A stretch of DNA of 64,000 nucleotides from Gammaproteobacteria bacterium. Its GTDB lineage: Bacteria; Pseudomonadota; Gammaproteobacteria; Magnimaribacterales; D2472. The notes under the pieces are model-generated. The model searched no databases. It had not been told where the DNA came from and was given only the letters and a program-made list of their open reading frames with translations. This document shows positions 39,044 to 49,028 of the stretch, piece by piece. How positions within the stretch are numbered: the first letter of the stretch is position 1; every line of letters starts with the position of its first letter. A program made the position numbers and the translations under genes. The stretch spans positions 65,131 to 129,130 of the forward strand of contig JBJLIP010000001.1 of NCBI GenBank assembly GCA_045563715.1, given 5' to 3'.

Positions 39044-39659
39044 AGTTCAGTGCAACTCCATCTCTATATCTCACGTCTATGATACTAGGTATTTTTCTAA
39101 TCTCGTACAAATAATTTAGAGTATCTTCAAAATTTTTAGCTTTTTTTTGTGAGATATCTTTACCAAATCTTATTTGTGTTGATTTAGTACTGACATCCCA
39201 ACCAGTGACAAAGCTATATTTTATTCTATCAATTTTAAGATTCATTAGTTTATTAGATTCAACTAATTCAATTAAAAAGAGAATATTTTCAATTTCATTT
39301 ATGTCTCCATCAACTTTAATTAAGTCATTACGCGATTGATCATACTTAAATCTAACTAGATCTTTATCATAAAAATATTCTGAATTTAGAGTAAACAAAG
39401 GATCTCTATTCTTTATGCTTATAAAGGCCTTATATTGAAAGGGTATAAATACTATTGAGTACTCTTCAATCCAATCTTGTTTTTGAATTAAATTCTGAAT
39501 TCCCCTTTTAGAGGGCTCATTTTGAAGTTCTCTGAATAATTTTTCTTGAGATTGATACTCAAACCCAGATTCAAAATTAATTATAATTTCATATCGACCG
39601 AGCAAACTAGACGAAAATAATAAAAATATTATAAGGAAATTTTTTTTAAATAGACGCAT
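39033..39659 (-). CDS. ftsQ: Cell division protein FtsQ (short)
   Basis: TM anchor (FLIIFLLFSSSLLG), POTRA-like region. Sits between ddl and ftsA. The start is trimmed to MRLFKK at 39659; the ORF-track start at 39722 would lie deep inside ddl. Confidence 0.78.
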   Translation of the reverse strand: MRLFKKNFLIIFLLFSSSLLGRYEIIINFESGFEYQSQEKLFRELQNEPSKRGIQNLIQKQDWIEEYSIVFIPFQYKAFISIKNRDPLFTLNSEYFYDKDLVRFKYDQSRNDLIKVDGDINEIENILFLIELVESNKLMNLKIDRIKYSFVTGWDVSTKSTQIRFGKDISQKKAKNFEDTLNYLYEIRKIPSIIDVRYRDGVALNYGK

Positions 39660-40572
39660 GAATAATCTTTTGGACAACTTCGTTATACCCAAGACCAAAA
39701 AAACTTCCAGATATAGGTACATTGCTATGTTGAGTCATTCCAGGGACCGTGTTTACTTCAATTACATAAAAGTGTCCTTGTTTGTCTTGTAAAAAATCTA
39801 TCCTAGCCCATCCACTACAACCCAAAATATTAAATACTTTTTTAGATATTGATTTAATTTTAATTAGTTCTTTTGAGCTCAATTCTGCTTCAACATGAAC
39901 TGTTTCATCGGAAATATATTTAGCTTCGTAATCATAAAATTCGTTATCAGTAATAATCTCAACTGGAGGAAAGCACTTTTCACCAATTATGGTGACAGTT
40001 ATTTCTCTTCCATCAATATATTCTTCAATTAAAAAACTTCGATTAGGATTGGTACATTCCTCATATGCTTTTTTTATACTTTCTTCATCACTGATTTTAA
40101 AAATGTCTACACTTGAACCATCTTCATTTGGTTTTAAAAATAGATTTTCAAAAGGTCTAAATAAATCAAAAGAAGTATGATGCATTTTGTTTATAACATT
40201 TTCAATATCGAACCTTTGTAATTCAATAAAAGTTGGAGTGTCGATTTTATTAGCTTGAAGAATTTTTTTTGTAATGCCTTTGTTCCAAGTATTTTTACAG
40301 GCCTCTGATTTAGAACCGGAATACAGGATATTTAAATCATCCAAATCTTTTTGAAGTCTTCCACCCTCGCCCTCAAAACCATGAAGCGCAATAAATACTA
40401 AGTCATATTTTTTTAGAGTATTTAAGTCCTCCAAATTTTTAAAATCTATCAGATTGGATTTATATCCTAAATCACATAAAGCTTTGTAAATACCCTGACC
40501 ACTTTGCAATGATATTTCCCTTTCAGATGAAGAGCCTCCACAAAGAACAGCTATTTTTTTTATATTTTCCAT
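39646..40572 (-). CDS. ddl: D-alanine--D-alanine ligase
   Basis: 308 aa. IAVLCGGSSSEREISLQSG, FIALHGFEGEGG, VIEVNTVPGMT. Confidence 0.94.
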   Translation of the reverse strand: MENIKKIAVLCGGSSSEREISLQSGQGIYKALCDLGYKSNLIDFKNLEDLNTLKKYDLVFIALHGFEGEGGRLQKDLDDLNILYSGSKSEACKNTWNKGITKKILQANKIDTPTFIELQRFDIENVINKMHHTSFDLFRPFENLFLKPNEDGSSVDIFKISDEESIKKAYEECTNPNRSFLIEEYIDGREITVTIIGEKCFPPVEIITDNEFYDYEAKYISDETVHVEAELSSKELIKIKSISKKVFNILGCSGWARIDFLQDKQGHFYVIEVNTVPGMTQHSNVPISGSFFGLGYNEVVQKIIHASI

Positions 40573-41954
40573 TTATTTTTTATCATTTCGCATACTTTAG
40601 ATACGCTTCCAGCCCCCTGAGTTACTAAAATATCAAAAGAATCTTTTTTATTACTTATTAAATTAATTACATCGTTATGATTTTTTAAGTAAGTAACATC
40701 TTTATGACCAAGTTGTTTAATTGATTCTGAGATTGTTCTTGAGTGAATTCCCCTTATGGGTTTTTCACTTGCAGAGTAAATGTCTAACAATATTAATGAA
40801 TCTGTTCCATTAAGAACCTTAACAAAATCATCAAAAAGTTGTGCAGTCCTTGAGAACCTATGTGGTTGAAAAATCATGCAAACCTTTTTATTGGGATATT
40901 CTTCTTTATATGCTTTTATGTTTGATTCGATTTCAAGAGGATGATGCCCATAGTCATCAATTAAGGTAATGAACTTTGTATCAACTCTAATTTTATGCTT
41001 TTCATATCTTCTACCTACGCCTGAGAAAGAGGAAATACCTTTCTTGATAGAACCAAGCGGAATGCCCTCCTCCATTGCAACGCCAATTGAAGCTGTTGCA
41101 TTAAAAACATTGTGCTTTCCAGGTAGATTAATTTTAAAATTATGATTCTTATTATTTTTTTTATCAAATATCTCAAAACTTTGTTTTCCACCATTCGGAA
41201 CAATATTTTTAATTTGATAATCGCAGTCTTTTGATTCGCCAAAGGTGATTTTTGTTCTATGAATCCTTCTTGAAATCTTCTTAATATTCTTATCATCTCC
41301 ATTTATTAATAAATAGCCATAAAAAGGGACATTTTCTGAAAACATTACAAATGAGTCTAATAAGTTTTCAAAAATATTCTTGTAATGTACTAAATGATCA
41401 TCGTCAATATTTGTTATTACTGCTACATCCGGTTGAATATGAATAAATGTACCATCACTTTCATCAGCCTCTGCAACCAAGTATTTACCCTCTCCTAGAT
41501 CAGAGTTTTCATCAGTACTTAATACTTTTCCACCTACCACGTAGGTGGGACTTAAATTGGCAACGCTTAAAATCTTTGCAATTATACTAGTTGTAGTAGT
41601 TTTGCCATGACTTCCTGCTACAGCAATGCTTTCATAACCTATCATGATACTTCCAAGCATTTCTGCTCTTGGAATTACTGTTATTGAACTTTTTTTAGCA
41701 TGAATGAGTTCAGGATTCTGTTTGTCAATTGCTGATGAAAAAACTATTAAATTCGTGCCCTCAATATTTCTTTTAGAATGTCCAATAAAAACTTTAGCTC
41801 CGTCTTTTCTAAGCTTTTTAAGTTCATTAGAGTCAGCAATATCAGAGCCAGATATCTTGTAACCTTTCTTTAATAAAACTCTAGCAATACCTATCATTCC
41901 TGCTCCACCAATTCCAACAAAATGTATTTTTTTTATTTTTTTAAAGAGTTTCAT
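40560..41954 (-). CDS. murC: UDP-N-acetylmuramate--L-alanine ligase
   Basis: 464 aa. IHFVGIGGAGM, VAGSHGKTTTTS, DDYGHHP. Confidence 0.95.
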   Translation of the reverse strand: MKLFKKIKKIHFVGIGGAGMIGIARVLLKKGYKISGSDIADSNELKKLRKDGAKVFIGHSKRNIEGTNLIVFSSAIDKQNPELIHAKKSSITVIPRAEMLGSIMIGYESIAVAGSHGKTTTTSIIAKILSVANLSPTYVVGGKVLSTDENSDLGEGKYLVAEADESDGTFIHIQPDVAVITNIDDDHLVHYKNIFENLLDSFVMFSENVPFYGYLLINGDDKNIKKISRRIHRTKITFGESKDCDYQIKNIVPNGGKQSFEIFDKKNNKNHNFKINLPGKHNVFNATASIGVAMEEGIPLGSIKKGISSFSGVGRRYEKHKIRVDTKFITLIDDYGHHPLEIESNIKAYKEEYPNKKVCMIFQPHRFSRTAQLFDDFVKVLNGTDSLILLDIYSASEKPIRGIHSRTISESIKQLGHKDVTYLKNHNDVINLISNKKDSFDILVTQGAGSVSKVCEMIKNKWKI

Positions 41955-42996
41955 TCTTAAAATATTTTTCTATATGACTGATAATAATTTCACTAGACTT
42001 ACTATGGCTCTGGTTAGCATTCTTTTTCCAATCAAGAAAGGTTTTATTTTCAATAATTTTATATATTTTGCTCAAAAGTATATCTAATGAATCTTTTTGA
42101 TCATGTATTATACCCATCTGCATCTGTTCTATAATTTTTGCATTTTCAACCTGATGATTATCAATTGATGTTGGCAGAGGTACTACAATAACACCTCTTT
42201 TCAACGAGGTAATTTCAGATAAGCTTAAAGCGCCGCCTCTAGAAATAACAAAATCAGACCATAATATTTGCTCTGCTGGATTATCATAAAATTCAAAAAC
42301 TTCAGCCATAATATTTTGATGTAAATATAAATTTTTAACTTTTTCTAAATTATTCTTTCCACATTGATGCTTAACTTCTATTGGATAAGGGAAATCTTGA
42401 AATATCTTTGGAACTTTTTTATTGATATATTCTGCTCCTTGACTTCCTCCTGTAATATAAACATTTATAGAATTATTATTATTATTATTTAACTCGTCTG
42501 GGTTGTTTACAAAAGACCTTCTTATGGGGTTTCCTGATATAACCGACCTTTTAATGCCCTCTATTGGAAATCCAAGAAAATTTATTTTAGAGAAAATAGT
42601 GATTAATTTATTAGCAGATCCCAATACAGCATTTTGTTCATGCAAAAAAACTGGTTTTCTTTTAAGCCAACACCCAATCCCAGCTGGAACTGTTATAAAG
42701 CCCCCAAAACCAATCATGCCATCGATTTTTTCTTTTGATATTATCTTAATAACCTTGAAGATGCTAACAAGCACTTGGAATAATACATGTAATTTTTTTA
42801 TAAAATTTTGTCCCCTGAAACCCTGAATTGAAAGATTATATGATTTAGAACAAATATCTGCATATGCACTCTTTTCAATTACAGAATCAGTTCCAAGAAA
42901 AATAATCTCATGATCATTAGAAATCAACTCCTTTGCAATTGATGATGCAGGATAAACATGTCCTCCGGTTTTAGCAGCTACTATTAAAAATTTCAT
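41941..42996 (-). CDS. murG: Lipid II synthase MurG (UDP-GlcNAc transferase)
   Basis: 351 aa. AAKTGGHVYPA, ITGGSQGA, SRGGALSLSE, HQVENA. Contains an Asn6 run. Confidence 0.94.
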   Translation of the reverse strand: MKFLIVAAKTGGHVYPASSIAKELISNDHEIIFLGTDSVIEKSAYADICSKSYNLSIQGFRGQNFIKKLHVLFQVLVSIFKVIKIISKEKIDGMIGFGGFITVPAGIGCWLKRKPVFLHEQNAVLGSANKLITIFSKINFLGFPIEGIKRSVISGNPIRRSFVNNPDELNNNNNNSINVYITGGSQGAEYINKKVPKIFQDFPYPIEVKHQCGKNNLEKVKNLYLHQNIMAEVFEFYDNPAEQILWSDFVISRGGALSLSEITSLKRGVIVVPLPTSIDNHQVENAKIIEQMQMGIIHDQKDSLDILLSKIYKIIENKTFLDWKKNANQSHSKSSEIIISHIEKYFKNETL

Positions 42997-42999
42997 TGT

Positions 43000-44109
43000 C
43001 TATAGTGATTTATTTTCATTATTTATTCTAAGAACAATACCCATAAGAGAAAACATTATAATGATACTAGTTCCACCATAGCTTATAAAAGGAAGAGTAA
43101 GGCCTTTTGTTGGAAGTAGCCCAATATTAACAGCAATATTAAATAACATTTGTATTGCTGTAAGCATAAAGATACCAAAAACAACGTATCCTTGGAAAAA
43201 CCTAGCTTTAAGAAATGATTCATGCATGATAGATATTAAGCCTAAAAATAGAACTACAAATAATAAAATTAAGATTAATCCGCCAATAATGCCAAGCTCC
43301 TCTACTAATATTGCAAAAATAAAATCAGTATGAGCTTCTGGCAAAAAAAAGCTTTTTTGAAAACTATTGCCTAAGCCAACTCCAAGCCAGCCTCCTTGAC
43401 CAATACTAATTAATGAATTTGAAAGCTGGTATCCTGCATTTAAAACAACTTCAGTTGCAAAAGGGTCTCTAAAAGCTAAAACCCTTGCCAATCTGTACTC
43501 CGAATCTGTAATAGCAACATATCCTAATAAAGCTATTAACAGGATCAATAAACCTAATTGAGAAAAGGATATGCCTGCATAAAAGAGAATACCAACAACA
43601 AGCAAAGAAACTATCGCTGTTGATCCAAGGTCTGGTTGTCCCATTATCAATATAGAAATTACAAAAAGTAATGCAAGTGGTTTCAAGAAACTTCTAAGAG
43701 AATCAATTTCTGACATTCTTCTTACTGAGTACCCTGATATATATAGAATTAAACTAAATTTGCATATCTCAGAGGGCTGGATATTAATTGATCCCAATCT
43801 AATCCATCTAATACTCCCATTAACACTCGTGCCTACATCTGGTATGAATAAAGCAATCAACAACAAAATACTTATAAGCATAAAAATCCAATCAGTTTTA
43901 AAGAGTAAATTTGAAGGCAAAAGCAAAAAAATAGTCATTGTTATCAACCCTACTGATACAAAAATTATTTGTCTTTTAGCAAAATAGAAGGGATCCGATG
44001 CTATATCATCTGCAACATACATGCTTGATGAAGCTACCATTATCATCCCTAAAATTACCAAAATTGATAAAGGTAAAATTACTAAAACATCATTCTTACT
44101 TAAATTCAT
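43000..44109 (-). CDS. ftsW: SEDS peptidoglycan glycosyltransferase FtsW
   Basis: 369 aa, 10 TM helices. IQPSEICKF, PEAHTDFIFA, GLTLPFISYGGTS. Confidence 0.94.
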   Translation of the reverse strand: MNLSKNDVLVILPLSILVILGMIMVASSSMYVADDIASDPFYFAKRQIIFVSVGLITMTIFLLLPSNLLFKTDWIFMLISILLLIALFIPDVGTSVNGSIRWIRLGSINIQPSEICKFSLILYISGYSVRRMSEIDSLRSFLKPLALLFVISILIMGQPDLGSTAIVSLLVVGILFYAGISFSQLGLLILLIALLGYVAITDSEYRLARVLAFRDPFATEVVLNAGYQLSNSLISIGQGGWLGVGLGNSFQKSFFLPEAHTDFIFAILVEELGIIGGLILILLFVVLFLGLISIMHESFLKARFFQGYVVFGIFMLTAIQMLFNIAVNIGLLPTKGLTLPFISYGGTSIIIMFSLMGIVLRINNENKSL

Positions 44110-45146
44110 TTTGTTAGATATTTTTTTAATAAAAAATTAAAGTGGTAACCTCTTTCATTGAAATTCTTAAAATCTTTCCCACTTGGATAACCAGGTGAAA
44201 ATAGAATATTACTAGAATCACTGAGTTTAAAAATTGATTCTAATACGTCTGATAAAGAGTCCATTATTATTTTTCTTGGGTGGTCTAAGCATTTATCTAT
44301 ATCTTTAGCATGAAAGCCACAAATAAAAACTTCTTCTGGTTCGCTTACAGAAATTTTTCTAAAATTCTCTTTTTTTGGATCTCCACATACTATTAGCTTG
44401 AAGTTTGAGCTCTTAAAAAGTTCACTAGCTTGTCTAAGGGCATAAGATAAAGAGTGGTAATTTGTTGATTTTGAATCATTGATAATATTCTTAGTAATAA
44501 TTTCATATCTATATGGGAGATTCTCAAATTCAATTTGCTCTGGTTTGGTTTCTGTAATCCACTCAAAAAGTTTGTATGGATCTGATTCATATGATATTGA
44601 ATTCTTAGCTAAAAGAATTTTTTTCTTTGCATCTTTGTAGGATTTAATATTTCCATGATAGTCAATATGATCAACATCAATATTAAGCAGAATTCCATAG
44701 TCTAATTTATTTTTTTTCATTTTATCTAGTTGAAAGCTAGATAATTCGATTATTGAAAATTCTTTATGATTATTTATGTAATCGAGCATAGGATTGCCAA
44801 TATTTCCAATTAAATTTGCAGATTTATAATTTTCAAAAATTTGTTTCAGATGATAAGCAGTGGTGCTTTTTCTATTGGTGCCGGTAATTCCTATTTTAAT
44901 TGACTTATCTTCATTGAAAAAAATATCTAAATCTGTATAGATATTTTTATTTTCTTTTACTAATTTTTTATAGATATCTTTTGGTATGCCAGGGCTACAA
45001 AAAATTTTATCAAAAGCTCTTAAATCAAATTCTTTTCTAAAATCATCTAAATTATTATCAAATATCTCAAATTTCTTATTTTTTTTATTTAAATACCTTT
45101 CAAAAGATTTACCTGTCTCTCCATATCCGTATATAAGAGACTTCAT
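44106..45146 (-). CDS. murD: UDP-N-acetylmuramoylalanine--D-glutamate ligase (unusually short)
   Basis: 346 aa. GYGETGKS, P-loop ITGTNRKSTT, ELSSFQL, LPYRYEII, NDSKSTN, C-terminal SPGYPSGKDFKNFNERG. Canonical position between mraY and ftsW. Confidence 0.88.
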   Translation of the reverse strand: MKSLIYGYGETGKSFERYLNKKNKKFEIFDNNLDDFRKEFDLRAFDKIFCSPGIPKDIYKKLVKENKNIYTDLDIFFNEDKSIKIGITGTNRKSTTAYHLKQIFENYKSANLIGNIGNPMLDYINNHKEFSIIELSSFQLDKMKKNKLDYGILLNIDVDHIDYHGNIKSYKDAKKKILLAKNSISYESDPYKLFEWITETKPEQIEFENLPYRYEIITKNIINDSKSTNYHSLSYALRQASELFKSSNFKLIVCGDPKKENFRKISVSEPEEVFICGFHAKDIDKCLDHPRKIIMDSLSDVLESIFKLSDSSNILFSPGYPSGKDFKNFNERGYHFNFLLKKYLTK

Positions 45147-45153
45147 TTGTTTT

Positions 45154-46245
45154 TTACCTTAATTTTAAAGTTGCCAGCGCGATGAGAATAAGCACAAGAG
45201 TAATAATCCAGAATCGAACAATAATTTTAGGTTCAGCCCATCCCTTTAATTCATAGTGATGATGAATTGGCGCCATCAAAAAGACTCTTTTACCGCGTGT
45301 TTTATATGAAATAACTTGAATTGCAACACTTAATGTTTCTATAACAAATACTCCTGCCATAATTGCAAATACTAGCTCGTGTCGAAGAATTATTGCTATT
45401 ATCCCAAGAATTGCTCCTAAGGCCAGGGATCCAATGTCCCCCATAAATATTTGAGCAGGGTATGTGTTGTACCACAAAAAACCTATTCCAGATCCAATAA
45501 GAGCGCCACAAAAAACTATTAACTCACCAGACAAGGGTAAATGTGGTAAATAGAGATAATCTGATACAAGTTGATTACCCATCGAATATGCTATGAGTCC
45601 AAGAGCTCCTCCAATCAAGACCGAAGGCAAAATTGCCAAACCATCTAGGCCATCTGTTAAATTTACAGCATTAGATGAACCAACAAGAACAAAAACACCT
45701 GTGAATATAAATAAGAATGGTGACATGGGTAAAATTGCGTCTTTAAAAAATGGGACAATAAAAGAAGTTTCTGGAGGAATTTCAGCAGAAACATATAAAT
45801 ATGTCATTGCTAGTAGTGCTATGAATGATTGGAAAAATATTTTTTGCTTAGATGAAAGCCCATCCGAGCTTTTAAGTTTTATTTTTAAATAATCATCAAA
45901 AAATCCAATCACTGAGAATCCAACTGTAACAAAAAGAACTACCCATATATATCTATTCCCAAGATCAGCCCAAAGAAGAGTTGAGATTATTAATGATGAA
46001 AGTATCAACAAACCACCCATTGTAGGTGTTCCCCTTTTTTTATAATGCGATTGTGGTCCATCATCTCTAACGTATTGTTGAAATTGCATGGATTTTAAAA
46101 AATTAATAATAACAGGACCCAAAAGAATCGAGATAAGCAGAGCTGTTAAGGTTCCACCAATAGTTCTAACTGTTAAGTATCTTAGAACATCAAACCCAGG
46201 ATCGACTGATACTAATACCGTTCCTAAATATTCAAACATTTGCAA
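45154..46245 (-). CDS. mraY: Phospho-N-acetylmuramoyl-pentapeptide transferase
   Basis: 363 aa. [42 protein letters not shown]. Confidence 0.97.
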   Translation of the reverse strand: MQMFEYLGTVLVSVDPGFDVLRYLTVRTIGGTLTALLISILLGPVIINFLKSMQFQQYVRDDGPQSHYKKRGTPTMGGLLILSSLIISTLLWADLGNRYIWVVLFVTVGFSVIGFFDDYLKIKLKSSDGLSSKQKIFFQSFIALLAMTYLYVSAEIPPETSFIVPFFKDAILPMSPFLFIFTGVFVLVGSSNAVNLTDGLDGLAILPSVLIGGALGLIAYSMGNQLVSDYLYLPHLPLSGELIVFCGALIGSGIGFLWYNTYPAQIFMGDIGSLALGAILGIIAIILRHELVFAIMAGVFVIETLSVAIQVISYKTRGKRVFLMAPIHHHYELKGWAEPKIIVRFWIITLVLILIALATLKLR

Positions 46246-47572
46246 ATCTTTCCATTTTCATTCCCCGTGAGCCTTTTATTAAGATAACATCTTTTGATGT
46301 AACATTTATCTTTAAGTACTTCTTTAAATCTTCTTCTTTGTCAAAAAAAACACCTTTATTACCATATCCTTTGACTATTTCTTTTGCTAATTTGCCATAA
46401 CCAAGTAAAACATTTATACCTCTTGCTCTAGCATATTCTCCAACTTCTTTATGAAGCTTCTTCTTATACCTACCTAACTCAAGCATATCTCCTATTACTA
46501 AGACAGTATTTTTTTTATAATTACTTAATAAATCAATAGATTTTTTTGTAGAATCAGGATTTGCATTATAAGTATCGTTAATTAAAGTAGAGCCCCTTAA
46601 CCATTTAGACTTAACTTGTCTAATATCCTGAATGTCTTTTGAGTTTAATTTATTAGCAAAATTTTTAGTCTCTCTACCACAACAATAATTAACAGCAAAA
46701 CTAGCTAAAATATTTTTAATATTATGTTCTCCTTCAAGCGAAGTTTTAATTTGAATATCATTTTTAATTAATCTTGATGTTATCTTGAAATGAGTTCCAT
46801 TCTTATGATTGAGAATTTCACGCGGAGAGAAATCAGCATTTTTGTTCATGCCAAATGTATAAATATTTATATCTTTTCTCATACTTTTCCAAAATCTTAA
46901 ATGCTTTTCATTCTCATTTGGGACTATTAGATTGCCGTCTTTTTTTATATTATTTACTAACTCAGATTTAACATTTAATACTCCATTTATGTTTTTTAAT
47001 TTTTCAAGATGTGAACTTCCAATATTCGTTATTACGCCTATACAAGGCTTTAGGATTTTACTTAGATAATTAATGTCTCCAGTTTTAGAAGCACCAATTT
47101 CTATAACAATATCACTTGATTTTGGTGAGGCATTCATAATACTGATAGGCATGCCAATTTCGTTATTAAAATTACCTATGGTGCTTGAGCAATTAGTTAG
47201 CGTATTTGAAATAATATTAGTGGTGCTGGTTTTACCATTACTGCCCGTTACTGCTATCACATTTCCATAATAATTTTTAATAATATTTTTAGAAATTTTC
47301 TCTAGTCCCATTATTGTATTTTTAACATAAATAATTCTTTTATCTTTTGATCTTATGTATTTTTTGTCATCGACTATTGCAACTGATGCACCTTTTTTAA
47401 ATGCTTCTTCAACAAAATCATTTCCATTAAAATTGTCTCCATTAATCGCGATAAACAAAGACCCTTTTTTTATGGATCTTGTATCAAGAGAAATATCTTT
47501 TATTAATATATTGGCAACAACCTTTTTTTCTAAATAAAAAGATAAATCATTAGAGTTATTTATAAATTTCAT
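46232..47572 (-). CDS. murF: UDP-MurNAc-tripeptide--D-alanyl-D-alanine ligase
   Basis: 446 aa. [30 protein letters not shown]. Confidence 0.94.
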   Translation of the reverse strand: MKFINNSNDLSFYLEKKVVANILIKDISLDTRSIKKGSLFIAINGDNFNGNDFVEEAFKKGASVAIVDDKKYIRSKDKRIIYVKNTIMGLEKISKNIIKNYYGNVIAVTGSNGKTSTTNIISNTLTNCSSTIGNFNNEIGMPISIMNASPKSSDIVIEIGASKTGDINYLSKILKPCIGVITNIGSSHLEKLKNINGVLNVKSELVNNIKKDGNLIVPNENEKHLRFWKSMRKDINIYTFGMNKNADFSPREILNHKNGTHFKITSRLIKNDIQIKTSLEGEHNIKNILASFAVNYCCGRETKNFANKLNSKDIQDIRQVKSKWLRGSTLINDTYNANPDSTKKSIDLLSNYKKNTVLVIGDMLELGRYKKKLHKEVGEYARARGINVLLGYGKLAKEIVKGYGNKGVFFDKEEDLKKYLKINVTSKDVILIKGSRGMKMERFANV

Positions 47573-49028
47573 TTACAACCTCATGATCACTAAAAAAAAT
47601 TGTTTTATTGTTTTCCTCTTGAATATCTTCATGGCCCTTACCTAAAATTACTACACAATCATTATCAGATATTCTTTTTACAGCAAATAAAATTGCTTCT
47701 CTTCTATCTTTTATCTTAACAACATTTTCAATATTATTATTTTTTGCAGCATCCTTAAAAATATCTTCAAAATCTTCAGACCTTGAATTATCCGATGTAA
47801 AAATTACTTCTGATGAGTTCTGCAAAGCTGCATTAAGCATCTTTGAACGCTTGAGTTTATCTCTATCACCCCCACAGCCCATAATCACGATAAGATTTTC
47901 GTAATATTTTTTTATTGAGGATAAGAAATAATTAATCGCTTCAAAATTATGAGCATAATCAATAATTATATTTGAAGGAATGTTTTTAATAATCTCAGAT
48001 CTACCTTTTGGTAATTTTAGAAATTTTAGATCATTAATATAATTTTCTTTAAACCCATCAAACCCAATAGAGCAAATTGCGAATACTAGATTTTGAACAT
48101 TAAACTCTGGGAAGATATTGCATGAAAATTCATACTTTTCTTTGTCTTTTTCTTCATCTCCATGTATTTGTTTATTAATGATTATTTCAAAGGTTGTTTT
48201 TATTGTAGATATTTCATTAATCTTATAAAAAATATCAGAAAATTTATTTTGCTCACTTATTACTGATAATTTACTTTGATTATTTTGAATAAAATCATAA
48301 TTTTTACTAAATTTATATGACGCCTCATCTATGAAATTTACCAAAGATTTGAATCTAAAAATTTCAAATTTTGCATCTATATATGCTTCTATATTTTTAT
48401 GATAATCGATATGATCATTTGTTATATTTAATATAGATGCTGATTTTAACCAGTTAAGATTTTTTAACCTCCCTTGATCCAATGCATGAGAAGATATCTC
48501 AATACAAATATTTATAGCATCCTTTAATTTAAAATGACTAAGAATATAAAATAACTCAAAAATATCTGGAGTAGTTTTTGATGAAAAGGTTGTATTAATA
48601 TTTTCTTGATTATATTTAACACCCAAGGTTCCTATGTATAGTGATTCATGTCCTTGATTAATTAAAAGTTGGTGACAAAGATAAGCGGATGATGTCTTTC
48701 CGTTCGTTCCTGTAAATGAAAAAAAATTATTTTTATGTAATTCGACTCCGTACAAGGCATTTAGACAGCTTGTTATCTTTTCTTCAAGATCTTTAATATA
48801 AAAAATATTTATATCCCCTTTATCATAATCAGGATCATTATGGACAGCCAGTGATGCTCCTAAATCAATAGCTTTTTTACAATATTTACTTCCATGATTT
48901 TTGGTTCCGGGCAGTCCAAAGAAAATTGAGTTTTTTATTACCTCACTTGAAGAATTTGTTGCAAATGCAATTTTTGTATCTTTAGGGAAATTAATATTTA
49001 GTATGCTCTCTAATTTATTCATCCTCAA
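47556..49028 (-). CDS. murE: UDP-MurNAc-L-Ala-D-Glu--2,6-diaminopimelate ligase
   Basis: 490 aa. FTGTNGKTSS, IIDYAHN, CGGDRDK, SDNSRSED (a DNPR-type motif). Confidence 0.92.
   Translation of the reverse strand: MRMNKLESILNINFPKDTKIAFATNSSSEVIKNSIFFGLPGTKNHGSKYCKKAIDLGASLAVHNDPDYDKGDINIFYIKDLEEKITSCLNALYGVELHKNNFFSFTGTNGKTSSAYLCHQLLINQGHESLYIGTLGVKYNQENINTTFSSKTTPDIFELFYILSHFKLKDAINICIEISSHALDQGRLKNLNWLKSASILNITNDHIDYHKNIEAYIDAKFEIFRFKSLVNFIDEASYKFSKNYDFIQNNQSKLSVISEQNKFSDIFYKINEISTIKTTFEIIINKQIHGDEEKDKEKYEFSCNIFPEFNVQNLVFAICSIGFDGFKENYINDLKFLKLPKGRSEIIKNIPSNIIIDYAHNFEAINYFLSSIKKYYENLIVIMGCGGDRDKLKRSKMLNAALQNSSEVIFTSDNSRSEDFEDIFKDAAKNNNIENVVKIKDRREAILFAVKRISDNDCVVILGKGHEDIQEENNKTIFFSDHEVVNEIYK

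Noticed and set aside
41015-41302. Same-strand alternative-frame ORFs inside essential genes: 95 aa in murC, 65 aa in murD (44393-44590), 69 aa in mraY (45302-45511), 66 aa in ndk (3259-3459) and 63 aa in the rpsF tail (37261-37452).
   Set aside because: They have no independent ribosome-binding site and no recognisable motifs, and their composition is basic and Ile/Leu/Lys-rich, as expected from frame-shifted AT-rich coding sequence. The host genes are intact and conserved. They are worth a ribosome-profiling check only if data already exist.
42472-42489. An (ATT)6 trinucleotide repeat inside murG, encoding Asn6, considered as a potential phase-variation tract.
   Set aside because: Unit changes stay in frame, so it cannot switch the gene off. 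Short poly-Asn insertions are common in AT-rich genomes.
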